Below, one piece after another: positions 20,566 to 32,100 of a DNA stretch of 64,000 bases. This stretch comes from Lobosporangium transversale (Eukaryota), in NCBI RefSeq assembly GCF_002105155.1, contig NW_019029016.1, forward strand, positions 248,001 through 312,000, read 5' to 3'. The position numbers were made by a program, and so were the translations under genes. Every line of letters begins with the position of its first letter. The first letter of the stretch is position 1. Under the pieces are notes generated by a model, which worked only from the letters and a program-made list of their open reading frames with translations, did no database searches and was not told the DNA's origin.

Positions 20566-22068
20566 CAGAGACCCTCCATTGGACTCATATTCCTCAAGAG
20601 GACGACGGGCTGCCCGACCTTTAGCTTCAGAATGTTAGAGGGCATTCCAGGAGGATTTAGGGAATTAAGGAATTCCGTAGTATAAGTAGCTGCTATTGGG
20701 CCCTCAGCATCGGGGATAGAATCCTGTCCATAGTAGACTCTTGGGTCACCACCTGGAAACATTCCTGTTGCTAAAGCATTCAGTTTGTCGACATCCTCAT
20801 TAAGCGCAGATAAAATGGCACGACTTTCCCAGTAGCTCAGAGAGAAATTAGGATAAGTTCCAACTGCGGATATATGCTCGCAATGAGCTGCTTCTCCTCG
20901 GAATCAAGGCCTGTAGTTCTGAAGATACACTGCTCAGGCAGCTTGATGTAATCGTTTTCAAACCCAATCTGTATCGTGCCCTCTGTACCGCTTCCTACTT
21001 GAAGCAAATAGTCGACGAAAGCTTGAGCCTCTGGATCTGAGGAGCCTCGTAATACCCTCATGTTCATAGTGAGCCTGAGCATTGTTACATGCTCCCAAAG
21101 CGCTGATCTTTTTAAGCAAGCATGTACAATGTCCCCTCTTGACCCATTTTTCACAACAGGAAGTCTCCTCCAAACACAACAATTTTCCCGCCAAATGGCT
21201 CATTGATCTTTGTGAGGTCTCTTATAGTCCTATCAACAGCTTCAAAAACATGGCGGTGTTGCATAGGACCTTCATCCCAAAAAATCACATCTGTATTTAT
21301 AATCCTGTTTGCGATACTTTGCCCATGCTTGAGGTTGCAAGTCGAATTCGAATAGATTGGGATCGGTATTTTAAAAACAGAGTGCGCAGTGCTTCCCGAA
21401 TTCAAAATCAGTGCAGCTATTGCTGAGGAAGCTACTACGATGACTTCCTTTTTAAGGGTGCCACGGATGTAATCAATTGCTGTATTGAAGAGAAAAGACT
21501 TTCCTGTCCCTCCTGACCCATCAATGAAAAACAATCGCCTTGTATCCTCGCCTTTGGTAGCCACAGGATCGAGGAAGTAAATTTGAGCGAACTTGAGAGA
21601 CCCGATCCTGTGTACCACTGCCCCGTTGATTCGGAATGTGTACACGCCATCCCTGGCGTTGGCAAGTTCACGATCGTAGTTGGCACCCAATGAGACATAA
21701 GAGAGTGAAGAATTGTATTGCCTTATATGAGTCCGAAAGTCACAGCTTTCTTCAGAATTACCACTGATAAGATCGATTAGCTGGGGAATTGGACGAAGTT
21801 CGGGCAGCCTAATTTTTCCTTGTCCACAACAGAGCGAGAAAACCGGCGAATGAATGGTAGAAGCTTTTAGACGCTCTTCAAGCCAAACGAACGCCTTACA
21901 GTGTCTGCACTGGACCATCTCGCCGATCGAATGCCTGTGAGATATAGAACTGATGCTGTCGCCAGCTACGATCTCTTCACGAAATTCTTCTATCGTGACA
22001 CGGGCAATGCTCCCTGGATTGACTCTGGCACCAGCTCTATATCGGCATAAAGATATTAAAATATGCAT
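20566..22068 (-). pseudogene. Helitron RepHel pseudogene: N-terminal zinc region fused directly to the Pif1 helicase
   Basis: CRHCKA..WLEE..CCGQGKI, IRQYNSSL, FAQIYFLDP, then immediately GSGGTGKS, WDEGPM, FGGDF, LTMNMR, LLRNM. Several frameshifts. Confidence 0.88.
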
Positions 22069-22086
22069 TTATGCAATAATTGACGC

Positions 22087-22122
<36 letters not shown>

Positions 22123-24139
22123 ACCTTATCAGTAATAGCCTTAATCTCTTAAAAGGTTTACCGAACGTCTGCCTCAATTTCTGCCTCTTGTCGCGAAGCT
22201 CGATCCCGGCGTTGCATGGTTTCGCGGACATTCAAAGCTTCTAAAGCTTGGCCCTCAGGTATGACAGCCCTATTCAAGATGTAATATTTCACCAAAAAAT
22301 GTGCATAGTCAACACCCAACAGTGACAGTCTCATATCCATATCAGTTTGTGAACAGCTTCCATTTATTCATTTACATGTTTTCAGGCAGAGTAGTTTGAA
22401 TAATTAGTGGATTGCGAGGGCATGGTGTGTGTACTCCTTGAGTGCAAAATGCTCCCACATGCGCATGGCCTTTTTGCTGATCTGGGACTGGTATGGGGCA
22501 TACATGTATTTTAGGTGACATAGTAGGCTTATTAGCATTTTCATTAGACAGGTTTTCTTTCTCTTCAGGAACACACTATCCTGATTTGGTTTCAGCGCAT
22601 AGTGCTAGCTTGGGTATTTTATCGATAGTTTGGGCAAGCCGCGTTCGAGGCTCTGAAGTGTTCAGTACTCCCACAGCTTCTGCAGGCACGCATGGTTGTA
22701 TGAGATGACATGATATTTCAATGCCTTTTTGTATGAAGATGCGTTGTCCTTATTGATCAACATCGTGTTAATTTATAATATCATTTTGAGCCCTTCATAT
22801 CAGTGAGGGATAAAGGAAACATTCCTTCGTTGCTACCTAGGGAAGCTTTGAAAATAAAGGACGTTTGTGAATTAAAATTTCAGGGTTCTGTACCGATTCC
22901 ATATTTGGTAAGGCCGTGTATATCTTCAAAAACTGCGCCTGAAACATGGGTAGATCGGAGTTGTTTATTTAAAAAATTCTCACAAAATGCAAACTTAATT
23001 CCTTGAGACACCTTTCTCAATGGGCGCGAATGCCCTCTCGACATCATCGACGTTCAAGTCACTAAAGTTTTCCCATTTCTCCAATAATGAAAACGCCTGC
23101 TCAACTTCTTTTGGATCCAAATCACCAAGCTTCACCCACTCCTGCTCATATGGATCTTGTAGGTGCACATAAGGCTCTCGATTGTCTGCTTGGGTTAGTT
23201 TCCAAGTCATACACCGGGCGTTGGAGCCCGATGGCTTTTTTTGACAAAGGGAGCAGTCTAACGACTCGGCAGCTTCTGTGTTCAAGCACATAAGGGATGA
23301 TGTGGAAGGAAAAGCGTTCGCGGAGGGCAAAGGATCCATGAAAGAAGCCGAAAGAGAAGTGATGGTAGCCTTCTTTCCTATGTTGTTCCTGGTTATACGT
23401 TGAGCATGAGAAGGAAGAGCTTGAGGCGAAATGTCGGATTCACTTTTTCTCTCTTAATTTCCTTCATAGTGAATGAGGTCGCTTCGCTCTCCTACTTTCT
23501 TTTGCTTCCTCTCGCAGGAGATGGGGCATAGGGAGAAGAAAGAAGAATTTTGTTTTGCCCTCAGAGTTTGACTCCTTGTCGAATGAATCTTTGGAGTGGG
23601 CCAATGAGAATTGCGAGCTTCTTTCATGGTGTTGCTTTTATGTGCAATGCACAATATAATAAAAGTGAGGGTTAAGTGTAGAAGAAAGCAAGTATGATAT
23701 GGACGGTTTGAGGTAGAAGACCTTTTTTTTTGCCTTTTATACACTCCTGTAACCTAATGTTTATTGGAACGCACAGACTTGCAGAGATGAATATGAACAC
23801 ACACATCGAAATATGTATAAACGTGGTTTATTAACTCAGCTTTATTACGGGTGAGGCCGGTTTTTTTGTGTGTAGTGTCTCGTGACCAAAAAGTTACTTA
23901 GCACACAGTCACAAAACCTTACGACTTTAGTATATAGATAATTTTGTACAATACGGTATTTCGCCCAATTTTCTAGAGCATTCCTTGCAGGACGTTAGCT
24001 AGTATAAATAGAATAAAGACACCTTTATTGTACCCTTAGATCCCCCTAGAATACTACCTTGACTTTTGCAATCTCCCACCTGAAGGATTGGAACGGCACT
24101 TCATGGGTGCAGACGTCCGGAACTTGACGTTTACACGGA

Positions 24140-24510
24140 CTCTTCGGACAACGACTGAGGCATTATGATCAATAACAAGACCTGGGCGGGCACATGGACC
24201 TCGAGCGCGAAAGCCCATCACATCAACTGGAAGGAGCTCCAAGTTGTGTACTTTGCAGTGACGTTACCTCGGGTACAAAGTCGCATGGTGAAACCTAGTG
24301 ATCAACAACACGACCACTATCGTCTACATCAACAGGTTCGGAGGGACCCGTTCCCCATAACTGATGGAGGTGGCAGACAGAATCTGGAAACACTGCCTGG
24401 CTACAGGAACGAAGCTCCGGACCACGTACATGTATGTACCTTCGGCGTTCAACCCTGCGGATGCGCCTTCGCGTCAAGTTCACGAACAGCTGAAATGGCG
24501 GATACACCTG
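24140..24510 (+). pseudogene. Decayed DIRS pol fragment (RNase H region)
   Basis: HINWKELQVVYFAV, MEVADRIWKHCLATGT, VPSAFNPADAPSR, matching the intact DIRS pol proteins in this window. Confidence 0.85.
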
Positions 24511-24646
24511 CAATGTTTTAACCTAATTGATATAACTTACTATATAGAAGCAAAAAACAAATGTAGCTTTTTGTACGCATGTATTAACAGCATGAACGTT
24601 TTCCTCATTAACAAATCAAATTTAAGGTTTTATTATTTTTACCAGG

Positions 24647-25410
24647 TCAGGATCACTTATTACCCTCAACACAATCACGCGCTGGGCGAGACGAGTGAGT
24701 TCCACCATCAGCGCATCAGCAATGCGTTGAAAACGAGAATCCGATACTTTGTGGAGCTTGGTCTTGACAACCGCCGCATTCGTGAGAAGCTTTCTCTCCC
24801 TATTTGGCAGCTCCATGGTCGTCTCGCGAGTGAACTCTCAATCGGGACGACTTTGTCATATCGGGTGATGTTGCGAATGTTGTGCGGGATTGCTGGAAGG
24901 AGAAGGCTGGGCTCCACGGATGGATAACCTTGCAAAAAAAAGTTTTTTTGTCTTTCGTGCACAAGATGGCGTGGTTGTAGAGAAACTGGAAAACAAGGGT
25001 GAAGTGGCCGTTGGATTTGCATCCTTTGGCAGCTGGAGAAATTGCGGCAAGTCCCGAAGCAATTGGATTGGACTCCATTACAGAAAAGGTCAAGTTGGCA
25101 AGTTCGAGCTTTTTACCGCCACTGTTCAGGAACGACGCAGCATGCGTGGCATCCCGGCTGCTTTCCTTCTTACGACTGACAAGAAGGCCAAACTTATCGA
25201 ACTCTGGCTCTCGGCTTTGAACAAGCATGCAGGGCCATTCCGTTACATTACAACGGATGATTCGAACACGGAGCGCCTTGCCATCAAGAACGCCTTTAGT
25301 GACAGCGTCAGTATTTACCTTTGTCTTTGGCACATTGCTAGAGCCTGGTCCCAAAAGATACAGACACTCGTCCACGGTGACAACGTCGAGGAGTCGATAA
25401 GAGCAAATAG
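24647..25410 (+). pseudogene. MULE (Mutator-like) transposase fragment
   Basis: ITYYPQHNH zinc-finger tail, GIPAAFLLT, ITTDD, AIKNAF..YLCLWHIARAW (CxxH motif). Frameshifted. Confidence 0.75.
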
Positions 25411-25588
25411 GCACTCCAAATTCACATCAAAAATTCTTGCAAGGCACAATAATATTCATCTCAAGTGAAGATTACTCTCTTTTTTTAAAGATTTTAGAGG
25501 TTTTATGATGAAATGTGCAGATTGGGTTCATGCGATGTATTGCCAGAGTCATTATTGGATACAATAAAACCCGACTGATGGGCAACCT

Positions 25589-27998
25589 CTAACAAGTGTC
25601 CTCATCATCATCGACGGCTGCAGTCAATCGCTCTATAAACGAATTGGTGGCAGTTGGAGTAGGTTGTGATTTTGGAGAAGTATTGATTTTGTCGTTCTGC
25701 TTGTTGAAGACGGTTGAATACCGATCAGATGGCGAGCTTGGAGAAAACTCCTCGTAGTCATCTTCCAGCTGGTCCACGATGGACTTCCGTCTGCCAGCCT
25801 GCTTGGCAGGGGTATTCAGCACCAGAAGGTCCCACTCCTTGTTCTTCGACTCCTCTTCAGGTGATGGAAGCAGGCTTGTCTTGCTGCCCCTGCGAATTTG
25901 GCGTTCGTACTCCGACTTTTTGATAATCACATCTTTGGAATATCGATCATACAGAAACTAAATATGTGCAAGGATATGACCATGGTTAGCGTAGTATTAT
26001 GGCGAAAAGACAATGTCAAATCTGGAAACTGAGACGATCCTCTCCACTCTTACGAGAAGACTAAATAGGCGGTGCATATCGTTTTTCAGGAAATCTAGGA
26101 CCTCGGCCTCCGTTTGGGGTAGTAAGATTTTGTCACAGGCAGGACCGGCGACCCAAATGTCATCAAGCTCTTTGATTGAAAATACTGTTGCTTCCATACC
26201 ACGCATACAACATACAGGAGGGCACTGCAATCCATACTTTTTTAGTAGCATACCAATTGATTTCATGGCTTTGATTGTCCTGCGAAGCTGTATGTCGTCT
26301 TTGACGTCCGTGCAAAGTCCCTTCTTTAGTTCGAAATTTGCGACCTCAAGGTCTTCCACTGTCAGGATGGTGTCACATTTTCGCGTTCCTGCAATTATGT
26401 CGAAGATCCGAAAAAGATGCAAATTCGATTGTCTAGCAGCTGCAAGTCCCTGCTCTCCTCTACAAAAAGTCGGTCCACAAACCAATCAGTATCAGGGTAT
26501 ACTCTGACAGGTGTTATTAGCAGAACACCATCATATCACTTACAGATTGAGTGCCAAACACGCTGTTGCTGGTAGTTGCTCTCGGAAGATTGCGGACCAA
26601 AGACTGACAGCATCGCCTTCCGATGCATCCTTGGTTCGGCCAGATAAAGGTCGCTCTGCATGCTTTAGGCTATGGCATACTTTAAGCTAGCATCAATTCT
26701 ACTACTCGTAGAATACCCTCTCTATCGTATTGAAATAACTCAACAGCTTACATTGTTTTGAGAGCGTCAAGAGAGCGACAATACGGCTCTGAGCCAGGTA
26801 CACCCTGGAGTGCGTAAATTTTGCTGATGATCGGCTGAGCCTTCACGCCAGCGTCCGTCTTCGCTGCGCATTCTGCCATCTCCACCAGAGGTGTAACGAT
26901 TGCAGCAAAGCCTGGTTCTACAGTTTCAAGTTCTTTGACAGCGCATGTAGCTAGTCCTTGCTCATAGTCAGCTTTGAAGGCAGCATTCGCACCGGGACAA
27001 AACATACTCCAAACGCCTGAGAGCGAGACGCTAGACAACGTAACAGAAGCGAGGATTAGCGATACTGACCTGCAGTCAAGTCAGATAACTTAGAAAAATG
27101 AGCGCACAACTTACAAGGCATCTTTGAGTGACATATTATACTCTGGATTCATTTGCTTGCTCGTATCGCTTGCCTTTTTCAGGTACGACAAGGACAGGCG
27201 ACATAGAGTTTGCCGTCTCGGAGAAACATCATCCTCTACTGCGATGGACTCAGGTAAGGGTTCAAATATCCCAAAGTGCTATGAAATGCAAAAGAAAATA
27301 GTAAGAATCAACAGTCTATCTCCTGGCATCAATTTTTTTGAATGCAGTAACAGATCGTACCATCGCATGGGCAATCTCCGCAAGTGGCCTAAATGAGGCG
27401 GGCCCTTTCTCAAACCGACGCCGCTTTACCCCTTCCACTAGAGAGTCGTTCGATCCACCACAGCCTTTAGATGACGACGAGGACGAGGAAATTGCTGATG
27501 TAGATGTTGAACTCACAGATAACGATCTTTCGCCAGCTCGCTTGCGGTTCGCTGGTTGTTTCGTCTTGACATGGGATGGCTCCTGTGCGTTAGCTGTTGC
27601 TTCTGTTTTTGTCTTGGTGGAGCAACATTATCGTCCAACCCTTCCCCTACTGCTTGAATGGCGTCTAAAGGGAGCAAAACAAAAACATTAGTCTGTGATT
27701 TGAAAGCCTACTGATATAAAAAGTCATGCAACATTTCGTCTTAGTTACATTCAGCTTGATGTTGCACGAATGATCGGAGGACGCTGCTAGCTGATACATG
27801 GGACGAGGTTATGTTGCCAAGCATCAACATTTGTTGGTACTCCGCCCGACATTCAGCCATGTCAAGAACATAATGCAAGGCTCCTTTGTCTCCGTTTCCA
27901 CGCTCCTTGCCAACATATGAAGTAAAACAGGAGTATTGCTGCTCGAAGGTGCTGTGACCATGAGTGTCGTTCACCACGTAGTCATTAAATGTCTTCAT
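25589..27998 (-). CDS. Multi-exon hypothetical gene with a PD-(D/E)xK nuclease-like motif (Crinkler-type/REase family); may be a pseudogene
   Basis: Chain of minus-strand coding blocks separated by short GT-AG introns. Motif RKCDTILTVEDLEVANFELKK. Confidence 0.5.
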
Positions 27999-28111
27999 TC
28001 TAAACCGATAAAAAGGTTAAGAATGTTACAAGAGCCTGGAGTTAGTTCCGTCTTTCCTAATGAGGAGGGAAACATCGATTGCAACATCATAGGGTAATAA
28101 TAAGGGCCTAA

Positions 28112-28419
28112 TCTCTGCCTGCATCCGTGAGGCATCAGATGAGCGACAGTGAGCATAACCAGACGCAGAGGCCTTCTGGACAGCGGCTAAAAAGTCCGCA
28201 CCCGTATGAATGAACAGCCACTGCTGTACATCCCACCCTCACAGACACAGTAAAGGCAATGATTTATATAAAAAACTCCATCTCTGCCCGCACCCATGAG
28301 GCATCAGATGAGCGACAGTGAGCATAATCAGACACAGAGGCCTTCTGGACAGCGGCTAAAAGTCCGCACCCGTATGAATGAACAGCCACTGCTGTACATC
28401 CCACCCTCACAAACACAGT
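28112..28419. repeat. Tandem duplication, ~139-bp core at a 169-bp period
   Basis: 28112-28250 versus 28281-28419, with a few mismatches. Confidence 0.9.
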
Positions 28420-29152
28420 TGGAGTAAACAAAAGTATTTGCGCTAAAGACACCACCTTTAATTTCAGAGGATCAAGAAGAATGGGGTAATGAAGCGTGAG
28501 GTGGTGATGAAAATCAATAGACGTTAGCGACGAAACTTATCGATTTCTGTGTTATTGATAAGCACTAGATAATATCTTTCAGCAGTTTCTTTGTGGTAAT
28601 ATTTGAACTTTGTCACAAAAGATTTGATGGAGACGTGCTCAGTTTTACTTTCATTTAAAGCCCATTTGACTTGATCTGGGTGCTCCATGGTAAGAGATAA
28701 TGTACAAGAACTATTAGAAATGTCTCGATAAACAACAACATGGAGTTTAAAAATGAGATATTAATATTCAATGACAATTATGGTCTACTGAATGGTCTAC
28801 GAAGGACGACCTATTCACATTGTCATAGGTACCATGGACGTATGTGTCACCTTTCTTCATTGAAAATCCGACGAGAAATAAAGAAAAATAAACTAAATAA
28901 AAAGATCCCTCTGCCCTGCAACTCTGATCTACATCTACTTCTCGAGCCAAAAAGGGGTGGTGTGGGTGGGACATACGTCCATGGTACCTATGACAATGTG
29001 AATAGGTCGTCCTTCGTAGACCATTCAGTAGACCATTGTCTACGGTACCATGTCCGTATGTGGCTCCAGAGGGATCGCCAAAGAGAACTAAACTAAAACA
29101 AAACTAAAACTAAAAGAAAACTGAACGAAATGAACAACTAACTAAAGAAAAT

Positions 29153-32100
29153 CTAGCCTAGAGTGCTCATGGACATGTTGTTGGAGGTGGCACTCGACAA
29201 ACGGTAGTGCTTCTCGAAGACTTTCGGGGACGACCAATTCCCCTGCACCATGATATCAGCCACTGGTACGCCTGCTATAGCCGCGAGCGTAGAACCTAAG
29301 GCTCGGAGCTTAGGAGCTTTCTTGTCTCCTAAATCCATCAGCGAAGAAATCCTACTCATGTGGGAGCCAATAGTAGTCGCACGCGCCGGCTGGGTGTGGT
29401 CTTTCACAAATCTAATCAAAGGTACAATGCTTCTTGTTGGGTCCTTCGGATGAGGAGAGGTAGTGGAAGGACAAGACAGCCTGTCCAGGTAAGCGGTGTA
29501 TGCGTCGACAGGGCATAGCTTCTTGTCAAAGTGAGAACCAATGGTCACATGCTTAATGATACGTTGCCCATCACTCTTCTCTTTTGGGAAAACAACAACA
29601 AGCTGAAGCTTCCCTAACACAATCTTGGAGAGACTGACATCTACACATCTGATGTCGTCTGGTCTCATGAAGCCACAGACGCCTAAGAGCCAACACAGCT
29701 TCCATGTAAGCTCCTCAAAAGGCAACTCCATATTTGCTGATGACTGCCGAAAATGGTCCAAAACAGGTGTGATGTCAAAGTGACCAGACCTGGACTCAAC
29801 GACACCTTCTTGCTTTCCAGCCTTGAGGAACTGGCGGTAGTATTCATCTGATCGTACTCTCTCTGGGTCACGAAATAGGGCGAGGACAGCCGACTTCATG
29901 GTCATCAGCGTGGACCACTTCAAATTGCGAGCGACCCGCACGTAGTGTAGCCAGTTCACTACTGGGATCGCGGGGTTAATCCCTTGTTCGAACGAGCCCT
30001 CTTTCAGCCAAGTGACGAATTCAGCTTGATGCTTTTCGTACTCTCGCTTGGTGCTCTTGGATTCTTTGTGAGCACAGATAAACTCAGTCACCGCTGGCGA
30101 GAGGCCATCTATGAGCATCCTCGTCCTCTTACTCTCCACGCGGTAAGGCCCCAGTGTGGATTCTTGAGCAGGATGTGCGCGTCGCTTCCTGGTGGAGGGA
30201 GAACACATGTTCGTGGAATCGGTAAAGGGGGTTGGGTCGCCATTGCCTGTATCTTCGGGAACCAAATCGCCGATGGCCAAAATGGAGTAATTATGGTCGC
30301 TTCCAGGCCTTCCTGGTCTAGCTTCTGCAGGATCCTTGGAAGTAAGTTCCATGGAGGACAGATGTAAAGGTTGCCCAAGTGGCTCCACTTGTGTCTCAGC
30401 GCATCGAAGTCCACTGCCAAAGGATGAGGTTTCCATGTCATGAACTGAGGAAGCTGGTTGTTGCTGGGCGATGCAAAGAGGTCTATCCGATGAGGCCCCC
30501 ACTGCTGGTCTAGACGACGGAAAAATGACGGGTCCAGCCTCCATTCGAGCTGCGCTTGCATCCGGCGTGATGGTGCATCTGCTGGATTGAATACTGAAGG
30601 TACATATGTGGTCCTGAGTCTTGTGCCTGTTGCTAGACAATGCTTCCATATTTTGTCCGCCAGGTCCATCAGAGGTTGTGAACGAGTTCCGCCGAACCGG
30701 TTGATGTAAGCGATGGTGGTTGTGTTGTCGATTACTAGGTTGAGCATCCTCCCTTGTGTTTGCGGTAGAGTGACTGCGTAGTACACGGTTAGTAACTCTT
30801 TTAAATTGATGTGTTGGTGGCGTATGTTTGGTGGCCATAGCCCTGTCCAAGTGCGCTGCCCTATGACGATCCCCCAGCCTTGGTCGGAGGCGTCTGTGTA
30901 CACGTCCATCTGAGTTGGCGACTGAATCCATGACGTCCCGTTCCACTCCTTGAGTTGGTGTGTCCACCAATCCAGATCGGCTCGAGCTCTGTCGTCCAGT
31001 GAGATCGTCGCTTCCCAAGATGACCCCTGATGGCTGAGTGCTCTGTTCTTCAATGCCAGAAGATGCCGCGTCATTAGACGAGCTGGAAATACTGCTGCTG
31101 TCGTCGCCATGGCTTTCCCTATGAACGTAGCCAAGTTGCGAACCGTCGTCCATCCCTTGCTGAGCATCTTCGCTGCTTCTCGCCGTATGTCCCTGACCTT
31201 GGACTTCGGTACCGAGAGGGTCATGTCGGTGGTGTTGATGGTGAAACCCAGATGATCTAGACATTTCGTTGGCATCAGAGAGGATTTCTCCTTGTTGATG
31301 AGGAATCCAAGAGACTTGAGTTTGTCCAGGACAAGATTCGTGTGCTCTTCTGCTTGGGCTTTGGAGTTGGCCATGATCAACAGATCGTCGATGTAAGCTG
31401 TCAGCCGTATTCCTCGACGCCTCGCCCATCTCAACACCGGGCGTAGGACCTTCGTGAAGACTAACGGCGACAGTGACATCCCGAAAGGTAGAGTGCGAAA
31501 CTGATACAGCTGACCCTTCCACTGAAACTGAAGGTAAGGACGAAAATGTGGATGAATCAGCACATGAAGGAAAGCATCTTTGAGATCGATGCTCGTCAAA
31601 TAATCGTTCTTCTGAAGGGTATTGCATACTACCTGAATCGTCTCCATCTTGAACGAGTCTGTGATGATAAATTGATTGAGAGGACGTAGGTTGAGGACAG
31701 GCCGGAGGTCCCCTGTCTTCTTGGGGATAGTAAACAAACGACTCTGGAAACCAGGTCCCGAAGCGTGCTCTATGGCTTTTTTGGCCAGAAGTGCGATCAC
31801 TTCGTTCTCTATCGCCAGTGTCTCCTCCTTGGATAGATGCGGGGAAAGGGCTCTTGATGTGTGTGTTATTGGAGGTTGTCTGTGGAAGGGAATCTGAAAA
31901 CCGTTTCCAATCACGGAGCGGACCCACCTGTCGTCCGTGAGGAGCCTCCAAGCCCTCGAGTAGAGGTGCAGACGGCCCCCTACTGGCTCTTGTTGGCGCT
32001 GCCGCGTCCCCGTCCACGGCTGCCTCTGTAAAAATACTGTCCCTGCTGGTTGTTATGCATGGGCTCTCCATACCCGTAAGTGAGCTGAGGAGGTGTGGCT

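Larger units (their letters stand above)
12734..23938 (-). mobile_element. Helitron with both termini, internally deleted (Rep domain missing), carrying nested Gypsy-2
   Basis: On the minus strand, 5' A|TCTATATACTAAAG at 23938, and a 3' hairpin GCGACCGTGAGCGAAGCCACGGGTCGC followed by CTAG|T at 12734. Contains Pif1-type helicase fragments. Confidence 0.8.

Noticed and set aside
22158..23744. Small ORFs in the Helitron 5' arm
   Set aside because: No recognisable domains or convincing exon chain; may be decayed N-terminal exons.
23945..24058. Possible short solo LTR (TG start, TATAAATA, AATAAA)
   Set aside because: No clear CA end or target-site duplication.
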